DNA of 64,000 nt from assembly GCF_963676685.1 (NCBI RefSeq), contig NC_092354.1, positions 83,762,001 through 83,826,000 of the forward strand. Direction: 5' to 3'. Position 1 is the stretch's first letter, and every line of letters starts with the position of its first letter. This document shows, piece after piece, positions 50,827 through 62,329 of the stretch. The translations under genes were made by a program, and so were the position numbers. The notes under the pieces were generated by a model. It was given only the letters and a program-made list of their open reading frames with translations. It was not told where the DNA came from and did not search any database. The stretch comes from Mytilus edulis. Its lineage: Eukaryota.

Positions 50827-52064
50827 CTGTTGCGGGGTTAAACATGTTAGATAGTCAGTTAAACGATGTGATTGAAAACAATAGACTGAACAGATTATTA
50901 ACACTTTCAACTATCAATAGGGTCAAGAATCATTTTTGAAATGTTAAGTTCATGTAAGCGTTAATTTTGTTACAGTTATGAAATTTTAGTGATATTGATC
51001 CTAAAACATTAAACCGGTCATGATCACAGTTTGTGACTTATGTTTGCAGTTTTCTTGACATGCATTGTGACGTGTCATCGTATTCATTTTATATTAGAAA
51101 ACTATAGCAGTTATATTAGAAAAGTATCGCATTCATAAATTTTTGATATTAAAAATTCATCGCTTTGATATAAGACAAATATCGCATTGATATTTTAAAA
51201 TATAGCAGTATCGTTGACTAATAGGTGATTTTGGCGTAGCAAACAATTGAATTCATCTCAATTGCATTCCATTGAATTTGCTACATGATATTTATAGAAT
51301 GTGTACATTTACAAATGATAAATCGTGCATTTATGTTTCATTTATTCAATAATTCAATTTTCTCGTTTGAATACACCTTGCTTGTTATTACATAAAATAA
51401 CTCATGAAATTATACACCAGACGTATGTCGTGTTAAAAGATATCCTGTTTTAAGAAAAGAGTCATTAGTTTATATCGAGAAATCTGCCTTTCTTCGTACA
51501 AATGCTAAAATTCGTCTGAAATTTCCCACAATGCAACTCGTTGATATAAGACAATATCGCTCATTGATATAAGAAAAGTTTTTATCGTATCGCACCTTCC
51601 ATAGACTGGTGAAGTAAACTTTGTGAAACTTCTATTTTTTATTTACCAAATCTTTTTATCATAATATAATAATAAAATTACCTTTATGATAGCGTCTTTT
51701 TAATTAGCGATCATACCATATGAAGAGTTTAGAAGTATTAAAAGTAAGCTGTAACAGAATGTTAATTACCCTGACCATACGCGTACGGTCGGACCATACG
51801 CGTATGGTCGGACCATATGAGTATATACCCATATGGTCATGACCATACGCGTATGGTCCAAATACTCATATGATCCGGAACATTTATATTAAAGATTAAT
51901 ACAATACATGTTTAATGATTATGACCTGTCAGTGTCATCGCTTTTATAATATCAATACATAATTAAAAAAAAACACTTCATAAACATTATATGCATATAT
52001 ATTTAACTTGATATAACTTGATTATAACAAAAGTATTTATACCTGTTATATGTTTATATTATAG

Positions 52065-52163
52065 GATGGAATTACACCATTATTGACTGCTTGTCGACAT
52101 GGACACCTAGGTATCGTACGTTGTCTGATAGAACACGGCTGTGACATAGAGAAAAAAAACAAG
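52065..52163 (+). CDS. Ankyrin-repeat exon (DGITPLLTACRHGHLGIVRCLIEHGCDIEKKNK)
   Basis: attatag acceptor and AAG/gtaatg donor; 99 nt, phase 0/0; paralogous to 40145-40243. Confidence 0.92.
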
Positions 52164-52550
52164 GTAATGATAGATATCATCTCTTGTGTTTGATGATACT
52201 CATCTTTATATTGATTCAAAACAAATATTTTTATTATTCCAAGATGTTTTACAGTTATTACATACTTGTTACCTTGTTTAAGACAGAATATCATTTTACT
52301 TCACTTGTCTTACTTAAACATATATTAACGGTTTTATGGCATGTCCATTGAGGGAAGCTCTGTCTCCTCAAAACAAAGCATATTTTTGTAATTGTCATTT
52401 ATGTGGAATGTAAATACACTTTTGACTGGTAATTTATTTTGACAATATTGATTAATTTCATATACACTTCAATTTTATTTATAAATCATTTCACAACATT
52501 ATCCAGTTGTTGATACAGGTGTTGATGATTGTTATATATCGCTATTATAG

Positions 52551-52649
52551 GAAGGAATAACACCACTAACGCGTGCTGTCATCTTCGGACAACTTGAAGT
52601 CGTCCGTTACCTTGTAAGCGCTGGATGTGACAAAGAAGCCCGAACACAG
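52551..52649 (+). CDS. Ankyrin-repeat exon (EGITPLTRAVIFGQLEVVRYLVSAGCDKEARTQ)
   Basis: ctattatag acceptor and a weak CAG/gtcttg donor; 99 nt, phase 0/0. Confidence 0.88.
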
Positions 52650-54899
52650 GTCTTGTTTTATATTTTGTAATAACATGAGTTACTTTTAAGGACAACATAT
52701 CCTAGTTAGATTTGCATATAATTGGCATAGTTCGTATCTTCGGGTACTTCTCAATCAGATTGCAAAAGTCTTGTTTTGCATTCTGACAAAACTAATTAAT
52801 ATGTAAACATCTTTATTCAGAATCTATCAACTATGCAGATATAAAGTACAAGATCTTTCGATAAAATACATAAATGTTTGGCATGCCACAAAGCCAGGTT
52901 CAACCCACCATTTTTATCTTAAAATGCCCTGTTACAAGTCAGGGAAATAGCCATTGTTATATTATAGTTTATTTCTGTGAGTTTTAAATTTTAATGTTGT
53001 GTTTCTGTTGTGCCGTAGATATCCTCTTATATTTGATGTGTTTCCGTCAGTTTTAGTTTGTACCTCGGATTGTTATTTTTATAGATTTATGAATTTCAAA
53101 CATCATTATACTACTGTTGTCTTTATTTAGAATGATAGAAGTTGATATACATATATGTTGTATGTTTTATACTTTTCTGATAATTTGGTCCCGAAAGGAA
53201 AAATGTAAAAACAAATGTAAGAACGAGAAACCTACCGATCTATATAATGAAGACGCCGACGCCACTACCGACGACGGCATATAGCTTTTTTGTAACTTGA
53301 CTACATAACAGTCGTAGGCACAACACAAATCAAAAGTCCTTTATTATATTTTTAACAAATGAGACCACTTTAAATCTACTCGCGCTAAAGGTAAAGAGAA
53401 ATGGAAGGGGGGATTGTCGACTGAGCGACAATACATCAATTTTATAAAATAAGAATTTTCCGATTTTTTTAGCGTGTATATTCATTTGAACATATATGAA
53501 TTTTAAACTTTTATTTTCATTAAATGCCTTCTCCGATATACCACGCACTAATTGAAAAAAAAACCAACTTTTTGGAATATCTCCTTGGTTTTGATTGTTA
53601 TTGCCTGTTTCACTGGTGACGATGGATATGTTCCAGTTGTTCAAAACACAGTCCCGTCATCTTTTCCTCAAATGTAAAATACCAAATAAAACAAAATCAC
53701 TTGACCTGTACTTTCACGAATAACACGATGGGTGCCACACGTTGAGCAAAATCCGCCTACCTTTCCGAAGCACCCATGATCACCCCGATGGATTTATAAC
53801 ACCCATCATACTGATCTATTGAATTGAGCCAATCAAAGCTGTCTTTATATTTTCTTTTTATGTTGTTCTGTTACACTACATTCTGAGGTAAGGTTAGGGT
53901 TGAGCGCTTACCTACATGTTAAACTCCGCCTCGTGCATTTTTTTTATAGATAAGTCAGGAGCCTGTTGTTTATTGGATGTCATTGTTTCATTTGTTATTC
54001 GTAGATTGTTTAGTCATAAATTAGACCGTTAGTTTTCTTGTTTGAATTGCTTCACATTTTCGAGTGGTGGTCTTTTTTGTAGCCGACTATACGGTGTGTT
54101 GAAGGCGGTACGGTTACCTATAATTGCTAACATCCACTGCATTTAAACTCTAGTGGATAATTGTCTCATTGGTAATCACACCACATTTAACTTTAATTCA
54201 ATTTCTATGTTGTGTATTGTAACATTGTATATCTTTTATACTCATACCTACCCTTGAGCCCTCTTTTCGGACGATCGAACAAAAGTTCTTGATCCGCGAT
54301 AACAGATTTGAATAGAACTCATAGTAGATAACTCGAATTTCAACTCTATATCTTAATCTAAATGAGACGCAAATAAGGACCTAAATCGAACTCTACGTCA
54401 AAAGGTGACTCAAATTTAAAGTTGTAGTCGAATTATAACTCGGAACTCTACCTTTAAATGTGTCTCAAAGTCGAAATTCAACTCGAAGCTTGGTATGTGG
54501 TTGAGAGTTGTCTCATCGGTATTCAAACCACATTTTTTATAAGTTTTTTTTTTGCATTTAATAAAACCGAGTTCAACTGTTTTGATATTTTAAATTTGTA
54601 AACCGCCATCGATTGTTATAAAACTTGTATAGGAGCTATTCATCAAGATACAGAAAAACATTTTTTTTTACCGATAAATATACCGATTAATGTACAGTCA
54701 ACATTACACTTTTACATTGATAGTAATTGTGAACTAAGGAAAACATGACAGGACCAAGAGGATTGGAGATATCCCCCTTATGTGACTTTAATTTGAACTT
54801 TAACTTAATGGAATGCAGTTCTCATCTAAGCGAACAAACGACATATGGAAATCGGTCTAATAGAGAACATATTTTTTTCCGAAAAGCTCACGTGGTTTA

Positions 54900-55390
54900 A
54901 CCTCATCAAGTAATGGGATAACCACATCAAAGAATGACAGGACCACATCAAAGAATGACAGGACCACATTAAATACTGAAACAAACACATCCTGTAGTGT
55001 GAAATCAAATTTTGAAACATCAATATATAAAGTTAAAGCCATATTAAGAATTGTCAAATCATCCTTACGAAACAACGAAACCATATCATGTAATGAAGCA
55101 ACTACCTTACGTTAAGTAACATACGCATCACGTAATGTTAAAACCTCATTGCCTAATGACACAACCACATTGAATAATTGTGAAACCACATCGAGTAATG
55201 ACAAAACCATACTAAGTAATGACAAAACTATATCGAGTCAATACGAAACCATATCATGCAATATCGAAATATCATTATGTAATGACTATTCCATATTGAG
55301 TTCTATCAAAACATCATTACGAAATGTCAAAACCAAATTATGTAAAGACAACCATCATCAAGTTATAATAAACCAACATTACGTAATATC
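54900..55390. repeat. Degenerate 21-bp tandem array (aaaccacatcaagtaatgaca-like)
   Basis: An exact pair accacatcaaagaatgacagg at 54921 and 54942, plus 7-aa periodicity in the spurious ORFs 54826-55023 and 55149-55463. Confidence 0.75.
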
Positions 55391-56465
55391 AGAGTTCCAC
55401 ATACGACAGCTGTGGCGTTCCATAGCAAATGATCCTTTAAGGATGAACATAAGTTATGCTTAAAAAATCTAGAATTTAAAACTTATAATTTAAATCAAAA
55501 GAAAATACGATAAGGAACAAAATACGCTACAATTATTGAGAGATGAAGGAGCTCTATTTCTAGATATTTACATTTGTGTTTAAATTGGTGGAAAATCCTG
55601 ACTTCAACTTGAATTTTCATTGGTATTATTTGTCCCAAAAATCGAAAGGAAAAATATCTGGAACCTCCTTAAGTTTTAGTTAGTACAAAAAAAGACGATG
55701 TGGTATGATTATCAACGGGACAACTGCCCACAAGAGACCAAATGTTAAGCAGAAATTAACAACTGTAGGTCACCGTACGGCCTAAGCAATGTGTAAAGCC
55801 CATACCGCGTAGTCAGGTATAGAATGATCCGAAATGACAATGTAAAATAATGCAAATGAGATAACTAACGGCCTTATTTATGTATGAACAATGAACAAAA
55901 AACAAAAATGTAACACATACACAACCGACAACCACTGAATAACAGGCTCCTGACTTGGGACAGGCACATACATTCATAATGTGGTGGGGTTAAACATGTT
56001 AGTGGGATCCCTGCCCTTTCCTAACCTGGGATAGTGGTATAACGGTACAACTTAAGAACGAACTATAAAAATCAGTTGAAAAAGGCTTAACTCTCAAGAT
56101 GGGCAACAAAAATGACAATTTATGAGCTATTGAAGTCTTATATGAACAGAAAATGGGTGTTTTTAGGCATTATATTTTACCTTGTACCATAAAAACAGTC
56201 CGAATAGGTGAAAATTACTCCTAAACCTGACCTTAGCAACTCATTTGATAATGTGTTTTTTACTTTGATTATTTCAAAACTTGATAACACAGTAAGAAAG
56301 CAAGTCCCTAATCAACGTCATTCTTTGGTTACGACCAGTTTAAATGTTACATACCGAATTGAAGAAACACACATTTTTCTTTTGTATACAAGTTATTAAA
56401 AAAAAATGAAGTTGAATGAATAACATGAAAATATAGTATATACGCAAATACACATAATTACCAGT

Positions 56466-56525
56466 GCCTGGTGATGCTTCATAGTTTGACCGGTTTCGAT
56501 CCAAAACGGACCGTCATCAGAGGCA
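56466..56525 (-). ncRNA. Third-family minimal hammerhead motif, helix I interrupted by 18 nt
   Basis: Minus strand: UGCCU-CUGAUGA-c-GGUCC guuuu GGAUC-GAAA-CCGG-UC-[aaacuaugaagcaucacc]-AGGCA. Confidence 0.62.
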
Positions 56526-56784
56526 GAATGGGGAGTAGTGTTTGCACCCTATTAAAAAGATACGTTAACTATGGCAACTGGCGGTTCGAAGTTAAACGGC
56601 GGTTCAAAGTTCACCGTCAGTTCGGTTAACCATCGGATCTGTTAGAAAATGGCTATATATGTTTGTGCTTTCACATTTACCCCCGCTGATACACATAATT
56701 AATAAGGCGTCTGTTAACAAAAGCTCAAACTCTCATGGGAGTAAATCTTTCCTATATTGCTTTCTTGAATAGGTATTATGGTTA

Positions 56785-57056
56785 CCAGTAGTCAGCACTG
56801 CGATGTTGATATGAATATCAGCTTTATAGTCATTTTTTATAAATTGACTGTTACAAAACTTTGAATTTTTCATAAAACTAAGTCTTTTCTTTATCCCTCT
56901 TGTACCTTAACTGGATTTGGTAGCACTCATTTTTAGAACTTTGGATCCTCAATGCCCTTCATTTTTTATTTGATTTGAGCGTCACTGATGAGACTAACAT
57001 AGACGAAACACGCGTTTGGCGTATTGAATTATACACCTGGTACTTTTGATAACTAT
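56785..57056 (+). repeat. Retrozyme-like repeat monomer with a partly degenerate hammerhead (56977-57023)
   Basis: gagcgtca-CTGATGA-gactaacatagac-GAAA-cacgcg-TT-tggcgta; the flanks are homologous to 8320-8572. Confidence 0.8.
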
Positions 57057-57060
57057 ATAT

Positions 57061-57189
57061 AGAATAATAGGTAGTGTCGTCTTTGATACTGACTATATCA
57101 TGTGGTATATCTAGACGATCCCGAAGGTCGAGTTTAGATATATTCCACATGACATTGTCAGTATCAAAAACGAAACTACATATTATTCT
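57061..57189. mobile_element. Fold-back (palindromic) MITE-like element
   Basis: ~56-bp imperfect inverted arms (agaataat...tttgatactgac...catgtgg / ccacatg...gtcagtatcaaa...attattct). Confidence 0.72.
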
Positions 57190-57439
57190 GTTTATCGGTA
57201 ATTATGACGTCACACAATGTATTGCCTAATAGTGTGAGTGATGCAGCCAGTACGTTGATACTCGAAAATATTAGGCAGTAAGATCAAAGAGAAAATATCC
57301 GAATTGCCGATAATACCGTATATATTATAATAAAGCATAGATTGAAAGTATTTACTATGTAGATTAAAATAATGTTCAATATTGCCCATTGCATGAATGT
57401 GTTAACCCTTCCTCCTGATGAACAGACATAAATGTAAAT

Positions 57440-59530
57440 GTATATATGTCATTTTGGTATGTCTGTCTGTATGAGTCGGCCGTACACATTAACTTTTCAC
57501 TTACAAATGTACAAAAATTCAATTACTTGAAAGCACAGCTAGAACATGAAGCACTAGATTCTATAGCGGAGTTCGCACTAACAAATGTAAACTACGATGA
57601 AGTCGTAAATTTATTAAAAGAGAGGTTAGGTCAACAAGACAAAATCATAAATGCATACATGCATGCATTATTAGAAATCCCTTCGCCTAAAAATCAAGTA
57701 ACAAGCTTACGAAGTTTTTACGATAAAATGGAAAGTTACGTCAGGGGATTAGAAGCTATAGGACAGACACAAGAAACATACGGCACTTTACTTCTTTAAA
57801 CTATTATGAAGAAATTACCCGGGGAAGTCAGACAACATCTCGTGCGATACCATAGAATACAAAACTTGGGTATTACGGGATCTCCGTAAAAGCATTTTAG
57901 ATGAGATTAATATAATGGACGCAGGCCAAGAGTTAGAGTCGACAAACCATTTGCCCACAACATCGTCTTTATTTACCGGAGCGAATTTGGCAAAGTCAAA
58001 ATCTTTCAAGAATATTAAGACAAGACCTTGTGTGTTTTGTCATGAAATACACGCACCTACCCAGTGCAATAAAATAACCGACACAGAATCCCGTATGATG
58101 ATTGTAAAACGTGATAAGTTATGCTTTAACTGACGCGGTAAACACAGAATAAATGAATGTTAATCTAAACACACATGTAGAAATTGTGGTAAGAAACACC
58201 ATACAAGCTTGTGTAATGCACGTCCAACAAACAACATAAAACCAGTGAATGAGGTAAACCATAGAAACGGGAGTAGTAACTCAACGCACACGAATTTCAG
58301 TGCAAATGATAACCAGAGCAGCAACCCGCTAAACCCGCCATCTTTGCATTCGGCAAACGTTCACCTCGTAAATGATAGTCATACAACGGAACAATATTCT
58401 ACTATTTTGTATTCAAAATCGAAAGAATCACGATCAAATGTACTGTTGAAAACCGCCGTAGCACAAGTTAGAACGAACCAGCACTTTATGGATACGAATA
58501 TTCTCCTTGACCAAGGAGCGTAAAGATCGTTTTTAACACAGGAAGTAGCGAATAAAATTCACTTACAGATAGAGGGAACAGAAATTGCACAGTTATCGGC
58601 ATTTGAAGGTAAAGAGAAAACCACGAGACACTTAGAAAAGACAACAGTCTACCTCAGAACCGATGCAGGACACGTAATGCCAATCAAAGTACTGATAGTA
58701 CCGATGAGCGCCACACCTCTACAGAATCACAAAGTAATATTGATACACAGAACGGTTATTTGCGTGGTTTGAAGTAAGCACACACGATGACGCAGCAGGA
58801 TTCATTTGAGATATCCTTGCTTGTAGGTGCAGATCACTACTGGGACTTTGTAGAAGAACATAATGTACGAGGAAACGGTCCGACCGATGTGAAATCGAAG
58901 ATTGGATGTTTGCTTTCGGGACCTACATGCAGTAAGAAAACTAACACATCGAAAACTAGCATGTTTAATGTTTTCATATCACACAAAGATGGAGAGTACA
59001 ATTTAGAGAGATTTTGGAATTAAGAATCAATAGGTATCAATAGTAAGGAGATCAATGAAGATAATGAATATATTAAAGCCTTTCCGGACAGTTCAACCGA
59101 GTTAGCTGCACGTGGAAATAAAGATTTCGCTACATTAGCATGGGAACAGGATCATGATGAATTACCTATATATTCAACGGCTACGAAGAAAAATCAAGAT
59201 ATGTTGAAAAAATACGGAAATATTACTCAAGACCTAGAACGATTGGACTCCCACAAAAGATAAATGAAACAACAAAACCTCCAACAAAACTACGTTACAA
59301 TCGATATTATCCAACACAGAAGGAACCCATCATCACATCTAACAGAATTGTTTATGACTCTATAAAAAGGAAAAGATGGAAATTCGGATATCTTACGCCG
59401 TTACTTGAATTTCATAGGACAACAATTCAGTAATAAATACATGACTAACAGAACATTCCGTGACGAAATAGCCTGTTGAGACCATACGGAATTGGATATA
59501 CCAATGATGCTGAAGACGACCATTATTGAT
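57440..59530 (+). mobile_element. BEL/Pao LTR retrotransposon relic (gag, zinc knuckles, protease; pol largely deleted)
   Basis: QKFNYLKAQL...LTNVNYDEVVNLLKER (DUF1759-like gag), CVFCHEIHAPTQC, CFN and CRNCGKKHHTSLC knuckles, VLLKTA...ILLDQGA*RSF protease, ISLLVGADHYW and LERFWN. Many stops. Confidence 0.88.
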
Positions 59531-59792
59531 GTTGTTGATAGACAATTACGCACTTAGCGCAAAGTTGAATTTTATTTAATTTCATGAGAGACTTTAATTG
59601 AATTTAATCGCTAAATGTTATTTCCGTTTTTATATGATTTGCTCAGTATTACAAAGAAAAACACAACGCCAGAGACAATTTCAAGGTATTATTATTTATT
59701 GATGGACAGTTATTTATCAGTGAAACGATTTATCAATGGACAATTGAGATTTTAGAAAATTGTGATAATTTTTACTTTTTCGTGGCCCAAGT

Positions 59793-59975
59793 ATGTTGAG
59801 ATTATCGTGGGAACATAACGTTCCGACTATTGTACATGTCTACTGTCGACGTCATGTTGTCAGTGACGTCGCCTTAAGCGGAAATACGTACTTGTATATT
59901 AAATGTAATGGCTGAACAGTTGTTGTAATATCGTTGCCTGAACTATCATCTATAGTAGATTACCCAACTGACTAG
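59793..59975 (+). repeat. Possible 3' LTR remnant of the BEL element
   Basis: cgtggcccaagta|TGTTG resembles the PPT/LTR boundary of BEL elements. There is no second LTR in the window to confirm it. Confidence 0.3.
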
Positions 59976-61310
59976 ATAAAAAATAAAATCACAATAATAC
60001 TTAACTCAGATGAAATCCAATCAGAACGTCCTTAATCAAATGGCAAAATCAAATGACAAAACACATCAAAACCGAATGGACAAGAACTGTCATATTTCTG
60101 ACTTGGTACAGGCATTTCTAAAATGGTGTATTAAACCTGGTTTTAAAGCGCTAAACCTCTCACTTTGATGACAGTCATCGTTAAATGTTAAATATTTATT
60201 AGCAGTATGCTAAAGCAGTTCTAAAGCTTATTCAAAAATGGAAAATGTATAAGTACTAAGCGACGTCAAATGGATATTACAAAAACGATATCATAAACAT
60301 AAAACGAAATATTCACAAGGACAAAAGAATTATACTATTATATGTTATTAATAAAATTAACGGTAAGATGTCATACAACGTCAGTGCCTAGAACATATAC
60401 TTCAAAACAATCGTGTATTATTTGTTAAGTTTATTCGGAATATTTATCAACACCGTCTTGGTACCTTCAAATGAACTTTTTCAGAAAAAAAAATTTATTT
60501 CAAAAGCGTACGATATCATGAGTAGCGTTGAGTTTCGTCAATTGACAAATAATAAATAAGAGGAGTGCATTTAGTAGTACACAGCTTGGTGCATACAATT
60601 GACGTCACAATAAGTGTTGTTAGGGGGCGAAAATATAAAAGCAAAGTGAAGATATACAGTCATAAATATTTCTCATAAATAAAGTTTATTAAACAGTCAA
60701 TTTGGATTCTTAATTTATCTAATCCAATTTTAAATACATGGTGGATTATCTGAATAGTTTGTTGTCAAATATCAGTATTTTTAGTTTCACAATAGTTTGC
60801 ATAAATTGACTAACCGGCATACTAAGAGCTCAGCTTAACGAGACTCTCTTGAAGGTACTAAGGGCGGTCATAAAATTACAACTGAAATTGATGTAAAGTT
60901 CCAGTCTTCATATCCTTAAAAAGGTTGTGTAAGCCAACTTGTAAACTTATGCACCTTTCAATGCATCGAAATCAAAAGAATCAGGGCAATAGCAAATGGA
61001 AATTTGAAATGAAGAGGTACATAAATGACCAAAATTGGCATTAACATATCTCTTTTGGTATTGACACTTAAAATTCACTACAATAGGAATATCTTTAAAT
61101 CATATAAAGTTACAAGTTACCTTGAGCATTATCCTCTTCATAACTAAATGTCTGCTTTGGTATCTGAAAATTGGAAAGGTAGCAGTCGCCTAACAAGAAT
61201 TAAATTCGTTAGATTTTTCGATAAAGCCTGAGACAAAAATTGTATGAATGTAGAACGTCCTTCATATAATACATTCTCTCTGGGTTTTTTGTTGTAATGT
61301 GTTAATTGGC

Positions 61311-62057
61311 AAACTACATATAAATGTTATGTATTGTATAAATACGGTAAAACTACATATAAATGTTATGTATGGTATAATTACGTAAAACTACATATAA
61401 ATGTAATGTATGGTATAATTACGGTAAAAACTACATATAAATGTAATGTATGGTATAATTACGGTAAAACTACATATAAATGTTATGTATTGTATAAATA
61501 CGGTAAAACTACATATAAATGTTATGTATGGTATAATTACGGTAAAACTACATATAAATGTTATGTATGGTATAATTACGGTAAAACTCCATATAAATGT
61601 AATGTATGGTATGATTACGGTAAAACTACATATAAATGTTATGTGTGGTATAATTACGGTAAAACTCCATATAAATGTAATGTATGGTATAATTACGGTA
61701 AAACTACATATAAATGTTATGTATGGTATAGTTACGGTAAAACTACATATAAATGTAATGTATGGTATAATTACGGTAAAACTACATATAAATGTAATGT
61801 ATGGTATAAGTACGGTAAAAACTACATATAAATGTAATGTATGGTATAATTATGGTAAAACTACATATAAATGTTATGTATTGTATAATTACGGTAAAAC
61901 TCCATATACATGTAATGTATGGTAAAATTACGGTAAAACTACATATAAATGTTATGTATTGTATAATTACGGTAAAACTACATATAAATGTTATGTATTG
62001 TATAATTACGGTAAAAGTACATATAAATGTAATGTATGGTATAATTACGGTAAAACT
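61311..62057. repeat. 39-bp minisatellite, ~19 copies (ctacatataaatgttatgtatggtataattacggtaaaa)
   Basis: Directly visible; it gives the 13-aa periodic ORFs in the track. Confidence 0.97.
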
Positions 62058-62285
62058 CGAGTATACGTTAACAGTTTCCGTTTTGACCGGGTTAATGCTG
62101 TAGTAAACGTCCATTCACTACAGACTAAAGCGCATTAACTCGAGTAGACGTTAACAGTTTCCGTTTTGACCTGGTTAACGCTGTAGTAAACGTCCATTCA
62201 CTACTGACTAAAGCGCATTAACTCGAGTGGACGTTAACAGTTTCCGTTTTGACCGGTTTAACGCAATTCTAGTAAACGCACGTTT
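62054..62285. repeat. 83-bp tandem repeat, ~2.7 copies
   Basis: aactcgagt...cgttaacagtttccgttttgacc starts at 62054, 62137 and 62220. Confidence 0.92.
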
Positions 62286-62329
62286 ACTAGTTAATGCTTA
62301 AATTGGAGTTAAAATTTATATGTGTACCA

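Larger units (their letters stand above)
47313..51608. mobile_element. Nested TIR element with ~65-bp TIRs and 5-bp TSD GTGAA
   Basis: aagtctatggaaaaagcgtatcgataaaaacttttcttatatcaatgagcgatattgtct pairs with agacaatatcgctcattgatataagaaaagtttttatcgtatcgcaccttccatagactg. GTGAA lies at 47308-47312 and 51609-51613. Confidence 0.8.
46530..51882. mobile_element. 5.35-kb non-autonomous TIR element, Ginger-like (TGT...ACA, 4-bp TSD TTTA)
   Basis: ~110-bp TIRs (46530-46640 / 51773-51882) built of gaccatacgcgtatggtc palindromes. Flanks are ttta|TGTTCCGG and CCGGAACA|ttta; an alternative reading is a 6-bp TSD ATTTAT. Confidence 0.85.

Noticed and set aside
55149-55463. 104-aa Ser/Thr-rich ORF
   Set aside because: It is the translation of a degenerate 21-bp tandem repeat.
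61334-62114. ORFs of 88-165 aa with 13-aa periodicity
   Set aside because: They are by-products of a 39-bp minisatellite, open in several frames and on both strands, with no splice or domain evidence.
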